Source: an uncultured Planctomycetota bacterium
Lineage (GTDB): Bacteria; Planctomycetota; PLA2; JAEUHO01
Direction: 5' to 3'
DNA: 64,000 bases
Assembly: GCA_963752285.1 (NCBI GenBank)
Contig: CAVVXN010000005.1
Span: 1,472,001-1,536,000, forward strand
Shown piece after piece: positions 1-9,788 of the stretch; positions within the stretch are counted from its first letter, which is position 1, and the number at the start of each line of letters is the position of its first letter. The position numbers were made by a program, and so were the translations under genes. Below the pieces are notes generated by a model. The model was not told where the DNA came from. It saw only the letters and a program-made list of their open reading frames with translations, and did not search any database.

Positions 1-2
1 GC

Positions 3-329
3 GCGCCCGATCGGCTGATCGACTTCGGGAAGACGATCGTGAACCTGGGGATCCTCAAGATCTTCAGCCTGAACCTGCTCCCCCTCCTGATGGTCGGGCT
101 CTCGCTCTGGCAGCAGCACACGATGCCGAAGCCGGCGGACGAGCAGCAGGCGCAGCAGATGCGCATGATGAAGTGGCTGCCGATCTTCTTCGCCGTGATC
201 CTCTACAACTACACGGCGGCCCTCGCGCTCTACATGGTGTTCTCGAGCGCGGTCTCCATCACGGAGAGCCGCATCGTGAAGGCCCGCGACGCGAAGGCCC
301 TGGAGGAGGCGGCCGCAGCTCCGGCGTGA
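3..329 (+). CDS. yidC: Membrane protein insertase YidC, C-terminal part (5'-truncated by window)
   Basis: NLLPLLMV..WQQ..MP...QQ..MMKWLPIFF..ILYN..AAL.LY.V.S matches the YidC/Oxa1 C-terminal TM region. Confidence 0.88.
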   Translation, partial: APDRLIDFGKTIVNLGILKIFSLNLLPLLMVGLSLWQQHTMPKPADEQQAQQMRMMKWLPIFFAVILYNYTAALALYMVFSSAVSITESRIVKARDAKALEEAAAAPA

Positions 330-359
330 CCGGTCGGCCCGCTCGCGCGGTGTGGGGGC

Positions 360-1079
360 ATGACCTCCACGTCCCCCCGCCCCCTCGACCCGCCCCGCCC
401 TCTCGACCCGCCCCGGCCCCGGCCGTCCCCGCCGGGCGCGCGCGAGGTCCACGACCGTCTCGTCCGCCTGGGGCCCGACGCACTCGCCCCCGCGGAGCTG
501 ATCGCCCTCCTCCTGCCGCGCGCCCACCCCGGCGGCGGCGCGGGACGGCGCCTCCTCGAGCGCTTCGGGAGCCTCCGCCGACTCGCGGCGGCCTCGGCAG
601 GCGAGATCCAGGCACGGGGCGGCGTCGGGCCTGCGGCGGCGACGCGTCTGGCGGCCGCGTTCGCGCTCGGCCGGGTCGTCCAGGCCGCGCCGCTCGTCCG
701 TGGCCTCGTGTTCCGGACGAGCGCCGACATCTGGCGCGCGTTCGCCCCGCGGCTCCGGGACCGGCCGAAGGAACGCTTCGTGACCGTGCTCCTCGACGGG
801 CGCCAGCGCGTGATCCGCGAGGACCTCGTGAGCGAGGGGATCCTGACGGCGAGCCTCGTCCACCCCCGCGAGGTGTTCCAGCCGGCGATCCGGGAGGCGG
901 CGAGCGCGGTCGTGCTCGTCCACAACCACCCGTCCGGCGACCCCGAGCCGAGCCCCGAGGACCTCGAGATCACGCGGCGGCTCGCCGCGGTCGGCGACCT
1001 GGTCGGAATCCGGGTGATCGATCACGTGGTGATCGGCGACCAGGGCTACGTCTCGTTCCTCGAACGCGGGCTCCTGTGA
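360..1079 (+). CDS. radC: RadC/JAB-domain protein (UPF0758)
   Basis: HhH region then E.F..LLD, VHPREVF..AI and HNHPSGDPEPSPED..IT..L...DHVVIG. Confidence 0.95.
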   Translation: MTSTSPRPLDPPRPLDPPRPRPSPPGAREVHDRLVRLGPDALAPAELIALLLPRAHPGGGAGRRLLERFGSLRRLAAASAGEIQARGGVGPAAATRLAAAFALGRVVQAAPLVRGLVFRTSADIWRAFAPRLRDRPKERFVTVLLDGRQRVIREDLVSEGILTASLVHPREVFQPAIREAASAVVLVHNHPSGDPEPSPEDLEITRRLAAVGDLVGIRVIDHVVIGDQGYVSFLERGLL

Positions 1080-1104
1080 CGGGGCCCGGCAGAGGCACGG
1101 TCGC

Positions 1105-1968
1105 TCACCGCGCGCGCGGCGTCACCTCGGGCTCGGACGGAGCGGTCGGCCTCGGCGGCGGCGCGGCGGAGGCGGACAGGTCGATCTCCGTCACCGCGTG
1201 GCAGGTGGCGCCGTCGCCCCCGCTGGAGGCGGACGCGTGGCCCGAGGCCGCGGCGGCGCCGTCGCGGCGCGAGAGACCGGGGAGGCCGCCGAGCCCCGGG
1301 AACGGACCGGTTTCGGGCGTGGCGCCGTCCCCGTCCGGCGTGACGGGACCCCGGGGGCGGTCGCCCCGGGGCGTGGCCTCCGGGCCGGACGCCGGCGCCG
1401 GCGGCGGCGCGGGCGTGAAGGTCAAAACGGCGGTCCGTGCGACGGACCGGCCCGCGCCGTCCTGGTGGAGCGCGTGGCCGAGCGACCACGAGAAGGCCCA
1501 TCCCCCGACGACGCGGGTACCGCTTCGGCCGCACGTCGCCTCGAGCCGCGACAAGAGATCGGCGCGGCGCGGGTGGTGGGCGCTCGGCGGGATCTTCCCC
1601 GAGTGCGCGTGCCCCGCGGCGGGCCTCGCCTCCGCCTCGGCCTCGTCGAGCGCCCGGAGGAGGAGCTTCTCCCACGCCTTCCCGAGCGCGGGGCTCCCCC
1701 GGTCCGTCTGCTTCTTCCCGTCGAGCGACCAGCGCTCGTACGTCTCGACGACGGGGCCGCCGTCCTTCGGGAGGAGGCGCCCGACGACCACCGACTCGAC
1801 CTCGTGGCCCCGCGCGACCGCCCAGGCCTCGGCCCGGAGGTGCGTCCCCAAGACCTCTACGCCCGTCCTGCCGCGGTTCGGGCCGGGCGACCCGTCGTCC
1901 GACCGCGCCGGGAGGGACGAAACGAGGAGGAGGAGACCCGTGAAGAGGGCCGTCGAGAGGGTTCTCAT
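1105..1968 (-). CDS. Hypothetical exported protein
   Basis: N-terminal signal peptide (MRTLSTALFTGLLLLVSSLPARS), GGAGG upstream of start; low-complexity C-terminus. Confidence 0.55.
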   Translation of the reverse strand: MRTLSTALFTGLLLLVSSLPARSDDGSPGPNRGRTGVEVLGTHLRAEAWAVARGHEVESVVVGRLLPKDGGPVVETYERWSLDGKKQTDRGSPALGKAWEKLLLRALDEAEAEARPAAGHAHSGKIPPSAHHPRRADLLSRLEATCGRSGTRVVGGWAFSWSLGHALHQDGAGRSVARTAVLTFTPAPPPAPASGPEATPRGDRPRGPVTPDGDGATPETGPFPGLGGLPGLSRRDGAAAASGHASASSGGDGATCHAVTEIDLSASAAPPPRPTAPSEPEVTPRAR

Positions 1969-2139
1969 CGCTCACCTCCGGGGCACGTACGAATCCGGGA
2001 CACATACGAACGTCGGCCGCCCGCGCGAACGTCGGCCCGCCCGCGTGGGCCGCGGGGTGGGCCCGAGGCCCGGGTCACGGGACCGCGAGCCCCCGCGCGC
2101 CCCCCGCGGCCGCCCCGGCCGGGACGACGCGCGTCCGGG

Positions 2140-3129
2140 TCAGCGCAGGGGACGGCCGCGGCGGAGGCGACGTCGGAGGACCACCCAGCGGCGCCAGTCG
2201 GCGACCGGGATCGGCGGGGTGCCCATGAAGACTTCGCCGGGGCCGTCGAGGCGGCCGTGACTCTGGAGCGCGCCGCGCGCGCCGAGGATCGTCCGCGCCC
2301 CGAGCACCGCGTCGGGCGCGAGCGCGCCCTGGGGGCCCAGCACGCTCCCGTCCTCCAGCGTCGCGCCGCCCCCGAGGCCGGCCAACGCGCAGATCACGAC
2401 GCCGTCCCCGATCGTCACGTTGTGGCCGACCTGCACGAGGTTGTCGATCTTCACCTGGTTCCCGAGCACCGTCCGCTCGAACGTCGCGCGGTCGATGGTG
2501 GTGTTCGCGCCGATGCGGACGTCGTCGCCGATCACGACCGTGCCCCGCTGCGGAAACCCGACGGGGCCCGACGTGCTCGGCTCGTACCCGAAGCCGGGCG
2601 AGCCGATCACCACGCCCGCGTGGATCTCGCCGCGCAGACCGACCGTCACGCCGGGGTAGAGGACGACGTTCGGGAAGATCCGCGTGTCGTCCCCGACCCG
2701 GCAGCCGGCGCCCACGACGACGTGCGCGCCGAGATCGACCCGCTCGCCGAGGACGGCGCCCGGCTCCACGACCGCGAACGCGCCGACGCGACACGACCCC
2801 GGGACCACGGCGTCGCTCGCGACGCTCGCCGTCGCGTGACGGCCGGGAACGGGGGGCGCGGGCGGGTGGAGCAGCGCCACCGCGCGCGCGGCGGCGAGGC
2901 GCGGGTTCTGGACGCGGATGGCCGGCCGGGAGCCCACGTCGTCGCCCGGCCGGCAGAGCACGGCGCCCGCGCGGCTCGTCGCGAGGTGGTCGAGGTGACG
3001 GGCGTCCTTGACGAAGGTCAAGTGCCGCGGCCCCGCGTCCGCGACCGGGGCGAGGTCCTCGACCTCGAAGTCCTCCGGCCCGTCGAGTCTGCCTCCGAGC
3101 GCGCGGGCGATCTCGACGAGCTTCCACAT
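2140..3129 (-). CDS. lpxD: UDP-3-O-(3-hydroxyacyl)glucosamine N-acyltransferase
   Basis: N-terminal LpxD domain, hexapeptide repeats, GSPGFGY, IGANTTIDRA, KIDNLVQVGHNV; ATG at 3129. Confidence 0.95.
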   Translation of the reverse strand: MWKLVEIARALGGRLDGPEDFEVEDLAPVADAGPRHLTFVKDARHLDHLATSRAGAVLCRPGDDVGSRPAIRVQNPRLAAARAVALLHPPAPPVPGRHATASVASDAVVPGSCRVGAFAVVEPGAVLGERVDLGAHVVVGAGCRVGDDTRIFPNVVLYPGVTVGLRGEIHAGVVIGSPGFGYEPSTSGPVGFPQRGTVVIGDDVRIGANTTIDRATFERTVLGNQVKIDNLVQVGHNVTIGDGVVICALAGLGGGATLEDGSVLGPQGALAPDAVLGARTILGARGALQSHGRLDGPGEVFMGTPPIPVADWRRWVVLRRRLRRGRPLR

Positions 3130-3131
3130 CG

Positions 3132-4372
3132 TCACATCTCCACGTCGAGCCCCACGGTGAACGAGAGGTCCAGCGGCTTCACGTCGCCCGGCGGGTCGAT
3201 CACGTCCTCGAGCTTCAACGCCACCTCCAGGTCGAACACCGAGAAGCAGGGCGTGGAGTACGAGAGCTTCAGCGTGGACTTCGAGAGGCCGACGTCGGAC
3301 AGGTCGGGGCGGAAGTCGAACCGCGCACGGAGCTTCCGCGCCTCGGCGAAGCGGTGCTCCCACTCGGCGCCGACCCATCCGCTCGGGTGCGTCGTCTCGG
3401 CGAGGCCCGTCCGGGCCTCGAAGGTCGCGCCGACGCCGACCTCGCCCTTGAGCGTGTTGCGGGCGTCGTCCACGAACGTCTTCCCCACGCCGCCCGTGAC
3501 CGCGACGCGCCGGTCGAGCTCGGCCAGCGGGTCGCGCTCGTACGTCGTCTGGAGGAAGGCAAAGGTCGTGGCGCAGATCCGGCGGTCCAGCCGGAAGAGC
3601 GCCTCGACCTTGTTCGCCGCCACGTCGCCGTCCTTCGCGCTGTACGTCCAGCCCGCGGACGCCTTCCCCCCCACGGGGTGGGCTTTCGCTCGACCTCGCC
3701 GCTCAGGTGCACGTCGAGGAAGTCGCTGTTCCCCGCGCCCAGGCCGAGCCCGAACGACCCGTGGAAGGTCCAGGCCTTCGCCGGCGCCGGCGGCGCGCAC
3801 ACGGGCGGACCGCAGCCGGTCTGCTGGTCGGCGACGGCGGCGGCCTCGACTACCCGGGCCATCTCGCCCGCGGTCGGAGTCGTCGGGGCGGCCCGGGCCC
3901 CGTCCGGTGTCGGAGGCGCGGCGAGAGGAGGGGGCGCGGCGGGGGGAGGGGGCGACGACGGCGAGGGCGCCGCCGCGGACGGCCCGGGACCGAGGGGCGG
4001 GGCCGGCGCCGGCGCGGGCGCCGCGTCGGGCCCGGCCGCCGTCCGACCGCTCTCCGTGCCCGCGCCCCCGGGCGACCGGACGAGCGGGGGCGGGAGCAGG
4101 GACACGTCGTGGACCTCGGTCCGCGGCACGCCGAGCGGCGCGCCGTCGGGCGGCTCGACGACGGTCGTGGCCCCCTCCTCGTGGACCCGTCCGCGAACCT
4201 CGCGACCGTCTTGGAGCGTCACCACGCCGAGCGGCGTGTCTTCGCCGAACGCACGAGGCGCGCCCCCGAGGAGCACGAGCGACGGCGAGATCGCAAGGGC
4301 GACGAGGAGCGCGGCGCGCGGGACGAGGCCGCCGGCCCGAGGGCAAGAGAGGGAGCGCATGACGTACCCCAC
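3132..4372 (-). pseudogene. DUF481-like outer-membrane beta-barrel protein with Pro-rich N-terminal region, split by a frameshift near 3670
   Basis: ORF 3269-4372 has the signal peptide and W..SFGLGL.AGNS; the barrel (YERD..AELD.R..TGGVG...) continues in the 3132 frame; the switch lies at a G7 run. Confidence 0.7.
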
Positions 4373-4446
4373 TCGATGGACGCACGGCGAGCGGGACGAC
4401 GACGCGGGCCCGCGTCACGAGAACGGCGACGGCCGAGGCGCGAAGC

Positions 4447-5115
4447 CTACTTCTTGCTCTGCGGGGTCATGCCCCCGAGGTTTTCCGCGAACCATCCCGT
4501 CAGGGAGTTCTTGTGGCCCTTCGTGATGCTGTCGGACACGAGTGCCGCGAAGACGCAGACCACGAAGGCCACGGCGAGGGCCAGGGTCACCCAGATCGGA
4601 GTGCGGGCTTCCTCGACCGGCCCGGCGGGACGACGACGGGCTGCGGCGGGTTGTCCCCGACGCGGCCGGTCCACGCCCATGTCCTCGATCGCCTCGGGCT
4701 CGTCGCCCGCCTCGTCCTCGGTGAAGTCGATGGGCTCCGTGGACATGCCGACGTCGCCCTGGTCGATGTACGTGTCCTGGCTCGAGATCTCGGCCGTGCG
4801 CATGCCGCCCGGCTCGTCCTCGACGAGGAGGTCGTCGGACAGCGTGTCCGCCGAACCGCCCGCGACGTTCACGGTGGGCTGGCTCTCGTCCTCGAGGCTG
4901 ATCTCGGTCAGCGAGGTGTCCGAGCTCCGGCTGCCGCGACCGGCGCGTCCGGCGAGCGCGTCGATCTCCGAGCGCTTGAAGCGCATCTGGTCGCCCTCGC
5001 GGAAGGCGCGGATCTCGCCCTCCGACACGAGGCGCTTCAACCGGTTCTCGTCGATGCTCAGCTGCCGGAGCACCTCGTCGAACGTGTAGAACTCACCGCT
5101 CTTCGACTTGGCCAC
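4447..5115 (-). CDS. Excisionase-like HTH protein with acidic linker and C-terminal TM helix
   Basis: FYTFDEVLRQL...LKRLVSEGEIRAFREG..MRFKRSEID (HTH_17-like), D/E-rich linker, hydrophobic helix near C-terminus. Confidence 0.8.
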   Translation of the reverse strand: MAKSKSGEFYTFDEVLRQLSIDENRLKRLVSEGEIRAFREGDQMRFKRSEIDALAGRAGRGSRSSDTSLTEISLEDESQPTVNVAGGSADTLSDDLLVEDEPGGMRTAEISSQDTYIDQGDVGMSTEPIDFTEDEAGDEPEAIEDMGVDRPRRGQPAAARRRPAGPVEEARTPIWVTLALAVAFVVCVFAALVSDSITKGHKNSLTGWFAENLGGMTPQSKK

Positions 5116-5225
5116 GCGCGTACTCCGTTCCGATGCCAGTGGCGGGCGCCCCGGCTCAGTGGCGGTAGAGGATGGCAGAGGCGAGCTTCCGGATCAAGGT
5201 TTCGGGGCTTCCGTCGCCCTCGATC

Positions 5226-5774
5226 CTACCGGCCCCCCGCCGGCAGGTTCACGTGCTTGGTCGGGATCTCTCCGTCGTCCGGCTTCGGGGCCCCGGTCTG
5301 CATCGCCTTCTGCCAGGCCTCCCGCATCTCGCGGGGGGTCTTCTCGCTGAGGTCCCGGTACGACTCGAGCTTCAGGTCCCACTCGATGCTGCGCGCGGCG
5401 AGCAGGCGGAGACCGCCCTTCGAGCCGGGCGCGTACTGGTAGACGCAGAGGCGGCCGAGCTCCGTGTCGAAGTAGTACACGACGCTGGCCCCGCCCCCGA
5501 TCGAGGCCGAGAGCGCGATCGACCGCCGGTTCGAGTCCGAGGTACCCCCGCCGGGGTTCACGATCCCCCGCACGCCCTCGCCCCCGCCGACGGGGTTGAC
5601 GGTCGGGCCCACCGGGACGGTGCCGGTGCCCGCGGGCCCCACCGGCGGGACGGCGACGCCCGACCCGCCCTGGGCGAACGCCGGCACCAGGCCGACCTGC
5701 GGGAGCACGAGCAAGAGGACGGTGGCGAGCCATCCGCCCGCCAGGAAGCCGACGAGGACGCCCTTGCGATCCAT
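5226..5774 (-). CDS. Hypothetical exported/membrane-anchored protein
   Basis: GGAGGA RBS, N-terminal hydrophobic segment, globular C-terminus (LCVYQY..LRLLAARSIEWDL). Confidence 0.7.
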   Translation of the reverse strand: MDRKGVLVGFLAGGWLATVLLLVLPQVGLVPAFAQGGSGVAVPPVGPAGTGTVPVGPTVNPVGGGEGVRGIVNPGGGTSDSNRRSIALSASIGGGASVVYYFDTELGRLCVYQYAPGSKGGLRLLAARSIEWDLKLESYRDLSEKTPREMREAWQKAMQTGAPKPDDGEIPTKHVNLPAGGR

Positions 5775-5851
5775 CTCTTCCTCCCGGGCCCGGTGCGACG
5801 TGGACCGGACCGCGCGACCTACCCCTGTACGGCCGGGCCCTCACGGGCGGG

Positions 5852-7399
5852 TCACGGCGCGGGGGTACCCGCCCCGTTCCCGCCGGAGGGGTCCGGGTCT
5901 TTCGACCCAGATCGCCCCTCTTCGGCCGGAAGCACCACGCGGAAGGTCGCGCCCTCGCCGACCCGGCTCTCGAGCTCGATCCGGCCGCCGTGGTTCGTGA
6001 CGATCGTGTGCGCGACCGCGAGGCCGAGCCCGCTCCCCTCGCCGACGTCCTTCGTCGTGAAGAAGAGGTCGAAGCACCGATCCTGGTCCTCCGGGGAGAG
6101 GCCGACGCCGTTGTCGGCCACCTGGAGGACCGCGTCCGTCCCGCGCCGCTCCACGCCGAGCCGGATCCAGGCCTCGGGCCGGCCGGCCACCGCGTCGGCG
6201 GCGTTGATCAACAGGTTCAGGGCGACCTGCTGAAGCTCGTGCGGGTCGCCGAACACCGAGGCCGCGCCGGGCTCCGGGAGGTCCTCCAGCAGCCGGGCGC
6301 CGCTCCGGTCGATCCGGTGTCGCGCGAGCGTGGCCGCCTTCCGGGCCACGTCCGCGAGGTCGGTCGGCCGCGGCTCGAGCCGGCGGGGGGTGAACGACAG
6401 GAACTTCTTGACCGTCTCCTCCACGCGGCCGAGCCCCTCGCCGATCAGCTCCAGGTACTCGCGCACCTTGTCGGGCGGGAGGTCGCCCCGGGCGAGCGAC
6501 CGGACCGCGTTCTTCATGCCGCCGAGGGGGTTGTTGATCTCGTGCGCCACGCCCGACGCGAGCTTTCCGGTGGCGGCGAGGCGCTGCGCGATCGCCAGGT
6601 GCTGCTCCGCCTTGCGGATGCGGCCCAGGGCCGAGAGCACGCGGTCCTCGAGGTGGGCCTGGTACTCCCCGATCTCGCGCGTCATCCGGTTGAAGGCGGA
6701 CACGGTGCGGTCGATCTCGTCGTTCGTGCCGCGCTCGAGGAGGTCGGGCGGCGCCTCGCCCCGCGCGATGCGGTCCGCGGCGTCCGCCAGCCCCGCCAGC
6801 GGGCGGACCACGGACCGCGAGACGAGCCAGAAGGCCACCGCGGAGAGCAGGACCACGCCCGCGACGAGCACCACGTACACGAGCTGGATCCCCTCGCGGC
6901 GCGCGGCCGGCGCGGTCCAACCGAGCACGATTCCCCGCCGCCCGCCTCGGTCGAGGCGCTCGGGAAGGACGAGCGCGAGCGAGTCCGACGCGGCCCACTT
7001 GCTCGGGTCCTGGCGCGCGCGCGTGAACGCGTCGATCGCCGCGTGGCGGGCCGGGCCCTCGGGCATCTCGTCCGCGTGGCCGCCCACCTCGAGGAACTCG
7101 GCCGCGTTCCACGCGTGGATCCGGCTCCTCCCCTCGACCGGGTCCTCCTCGACCACGACCAGCGTGCCGACGGCGCCCGATTCGCGAAGCGCGCGCACGA
7201 TCTCGTCCGCGTGCCGGCGGTCGCGCGCGTCGTGGGGACCGCTGAGGCCCGCCCCCAGCTCGACCAGGTCGCGCACGACCTCCGCGGACGTGGCGGGCGC
7301 GCTCTCGCCCTCGGTGTGGAGGAGGACCGTGAGGGCGAGGAAGAGGATGGCCGCGTTGAGACCCACGATCGCGGTCAGGAGCTTCGTTCGAAGCGACAT
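5852..7399 (-). CDS. Membrane sensor histidine kinase (HAMP-HisKA-HATPase)
   Basis: Two TM segments, HAMP, H-box VAHEINNPL, N-box NLLINAADA, DNGVG, FFTTK..GEGSGLGL. Confidence 0.95.
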   Translation of the reverse strand: MSLRTKLLTAIVGLNAAILFLALTVLLHTEGESAPATSAEVVRDLVELGAGLSGPHDARDRRHADEIVRALRESGAVGTLVVVEEDPVEGRSRIHAWNAAEFLEVGGHADEMPEGPARHAAIDAFTRARQDPSKWAASDSLALVLPERLDRGGRRGIVLGWTAPAARREGIQLVYVVLVAGVVLLSAVAFWLVSRSVVRPLAGLADAADRIARGEAPPDLLERGTNDEIDRTVSAFNRMTREIGEYQAHLEDRVLSALGRIRKAEQHLAIAQRLAATGKLASGVAHEINNPLGGMKNAVRSLARGDLPPDKVREYLELIGEGLGRVEETVKKFLSFTPRRLEPRPTDLADVARKAATLARHRIDRSGARLLEDLPEPGAASVFGDPHELQQVALNLLINAADAVAGRPEAWIRLGVERRGTDAVLQVADNGVGLSPEDQDRCFDLFFTTKDVGEGSGLGLAVAHTIVTNHGGRIELESRVGEGATFRVVLPAEEGRSGSKDPDPSGGNGAGTPAP

Positions 7400-7494
7400 G
7401 CGGAGCCGGGGCCCCCTGGGGAGTGCCGCCGGGGCGGGCCGAGGGCTCCTGGGCGGGGCACCTCGCGAGACGGACCCGGCCGTAGGATCATCGC

Positions 7495-9348
7495 ATGGCC
7501 GATCTCGATGCCCGCGCGGAGGCGCTGGAGATCGCCGAGGGTGCTCGGGAAGCGGCGCGGACGAAGCCCTCGCTCGCCGCCGAGATCTTCCTCGGGCGGC
7601 TCCGGGGCGAGCTGGTGGTCCCGTTCCCCGAGCAGGACCCCGCCGACCGCGAGCGTGCGACGAAGTTCCTCGAGGACCTCGAGCGCGTGCTCCGCGAGTC
7701 GATCGACCCGGACGAGGTCGATCGCACCGCCGAGGTCCCCGCGGAGGCGCTCCGGCGTCTCCACGAGATCGGCGCGTTTCGCCTGAAGGTCCCGGCGGCG
7801 TACGGCGGCCTCGGCATGAGCCAGTCGAACTACAACCGCGCCGCGGCGCTCGCGGGCTCGTGGTGCGGCAGCACCGCGATCTGGCTCTCGGGGCACCAGA
7901 GCATCGGCGTGCCGAACCCGCTCGTGCTCTTCGGCACGCCGGAGCAGAAGGCCCGCTTCCTCCCGCGTCTCGCCTCGGGCGAGCTCTCGGGCTTCGCGTT
8001 GACCGAACCCGAGGTCGGCAGCGACCCCGCCCGCATGCGCATGACCGCGACGCCCGCCGAGGGCGGCGGCTGGGTCCTCGACGGCGAGAAGCTCTGGTGC
8101 ACGAACGGGCCGGTGGCCTCCGTCCTCGTCGTGATGGCGCGCACGCCCGACCGGGTCGTAGACGGCCGCCCCCGGAAGCAGATCTCGGCGTTCCTGGTCG
8201 AGACGTCGTCGCCGGGGATCGAGTTCCCCCACCGGTGCGACTTCATGGGGTACCGCGGCATCCAGAACGGCCTCATCCGGTTCACGGGCGTCCGCGTGCC
8301 GGCCGAGAACCTGCTCTGGCGGGAGGGGCACGGACTGAAGCTCGCGTTCGTGACGCTCAACACCGGCCGCCTGACCCTCCCCGCGACGAACACCGCCGCG
8401 GCGAAGCAGTGCCTCGCGATCGTGCGCCGCTGGGCGTCCACGCGCGAACAGTGGGGCGACGTGATCGGACACCACGAGGCCGTCGCGGCGATGGTGGGCT
8501 ACATCGCGAGCCACACCTTCGCGATGGAGGCGTTCGCCGACTACACCGCGGCGCTGGCCGACGCCGGCCAGACGGACATCCGCCTCGAGGCGGCGATGGC
8601 GAAGCTCTTCTGCTCCGAGACGGGCTGGCGCGTCGCGGACCTCGCGCTCCAGGTGCGCGGCGGACGCGGCTACGAGACGACCGCCTCGCTCGCGGCGCGC
8701 GGCGAGACCCCGTTCCCCATGGAACGGCTCTTCCGCGAGGCGCGGCTCAACACGATCGTCGAGGGCTCGAGCGAGATCCTGCGTCTCTTCCTCGCGCGCG
8801 AGGCGCTGGACCCGCACCACCGGCGCGCCGGCGCGCTCCTCGATCCCAAGGCGTCGGGACCGCAGAAGGCCCTCGCGGCCGTGCGTCTCGCGATCCGCTA
8901 CGGGGCGTGGTGGGTCCAGAGCTTCCGGCCCGGAGGGGGGACGCCGGCGGCGCTCCCGTCCCGACTTCGGGGTTGGTGGCGCTTCGCGCGGCGCGACACG
9001 AGGCGCCTCGCGCGGCGCATCCTCTACGCGATGGCGGGTCACCGCGCGGGGCTGGAGCACCGGCAGGTGCTGCTCGGGCGCCTCGTGGACGAGGGCGTGG
9101 ACCTGACGGCCATGGCGATCACGCTGTCGCGCGCGGCCTCGCGCGGGGACGACGCCTCGATGGAGCTGGCCGAGGACTTCTGCCGCCACACGAAGGCGCG
9201 GATCCTGGCGCGGCGACGCCATCCCGCGCCGTTCGACCGGGGCACCACGGACGTCGGACGCGCCGTCCTCGAGGGCCGCTACCGCGCCGTCGAGTCGGGC
9301 ATCCTGCCTCACGTCCCGGAGTCGGGGGCGGAGACGAGGCGCACGTAA
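7495..9348 (+). CDS. Acyl-CoA dehydrogenase (ACAD9/VLCAD-like)
   Basis: FALTEPEVGSDP, GEKLWCTNG, LNTGRL, QVRGGRGYE, IVEGSSEILR. Confidence 0.93.
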   Translation: MADLDARAEALEIAEGAREAARTKPSLAAEIFLGRLRGELVVPFPEQDPADRERATKFLEDLERVLRESIDPDEVDRTAEVPAEALRRLHEIGAFRLKVPAAYGGLGMSQSNYNRAAALAGSWCGSTAIWLSGHQSIGVPNPLVLFGTPEQKARFLPRLASGELSGFALTEPEVGSDPARMRMTATPAEGGGWVLDGEKLWCTNGPVASVLVVMARTPDRVVDGRPRKQISAFLVETSSPGIEFPHRCDFMGYRGIQNGLIRFTGVRVPAENLLWREGHGLKLAFVTLNTGRLTLPATNTAAAKQCLAIVRRWASTREQWGDVIGHHEAVAAMVGYIASHTFAMEAFADYTAALADAGQTDIRLEAAMAKLFCSETGWRVADLALQVRGGRGYETTASLAARGETPFPMERLFREARLNTIVEGSSEILRLFLAREALDPHHRRAGALLDPKASGPQKALAAVRLAIRYGAWWVQSFRPGGGTPAALPSRLRGWWRFARRDTRRLARRILYAMAGHRAGLEHRQVLLGRLVDEGVDLTAMAITLSRAASRGDDASMELAEDFCRHTKARILARRRHPAPFDRGTTDVGRAVLEGRYRAVESGILPHVPESGAETRRT

Positions 9349-9788
9349 GTCTCGATCGAGCGGTCGCCCCGGAGCGTGCGCACCGCGAGCCGCACGACGA
9401 GGTCGAGGTCCCGCCCCCGATCGAAGTCGAGCGTGAACCTCTCGGTGCCCTCGGCGAGCCCCGGCGTGAGCGGCACGACCTCGGAGCCCGTGACGAGCCA
9501 CGCGCCGTCCGGCGGCATCACCTCCAGCGCCGCGTTGCCCCCGCGCGGTCCACGCCGCCAGTGGACCTCGACCACCGCGCGGTCCGGCGCGGGCCGGTCC
9601 ACGACCGCCGCGTCGAGCGTCCCGAGGCCGGCGTTCGGCTTTCCGCCGCACGCGAGTCGCACGGGCACGACCGTCGGCCGGCCGTCGTCGATGTGCGTGG
9701 CCGGGCCGGGGCTCCCCGACGCGAGCCCGAGGGGCGCCAGGAGGAGCAAGGGCACGCAGGCGGCGCGCAGGAGAGACGTGGTCGTCAT
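9309..9788 (-). CDS. Hypothetical exported protein
   Basis: ATG at 9788 overlaps the upstream gene's stop (ATGA); signal peptide MTTTSLLRAACVPLLLLAPLGLASG. Confidence 0.65.
   Translation of the reverse strand: MTTTSLLRAACVPLLLLAPLGLASGSPGPATHIDDGRPTVVPVRLACGGKPNAGLGTLDAAVVDRPAPDRAVVEVHWRRGPRGGNAALEVMPPDGAWLVTGSEVVPLTPGLAEGTERFTLDFDRGRDLDLVVRLAVRTLRGDRSIETYVRLVSAPDSGT

Noticed and set aside
376..420. 18-bp tandem repeat at the radC 5' end (PRPLDP twice)
   Set aside because: Ordinary in-frame low-complexity duplication.
360..1079. radC as a marker of a mobile element
   Set aside because: Full-length chromosomal type next to yidC; no mobile genes nearby.
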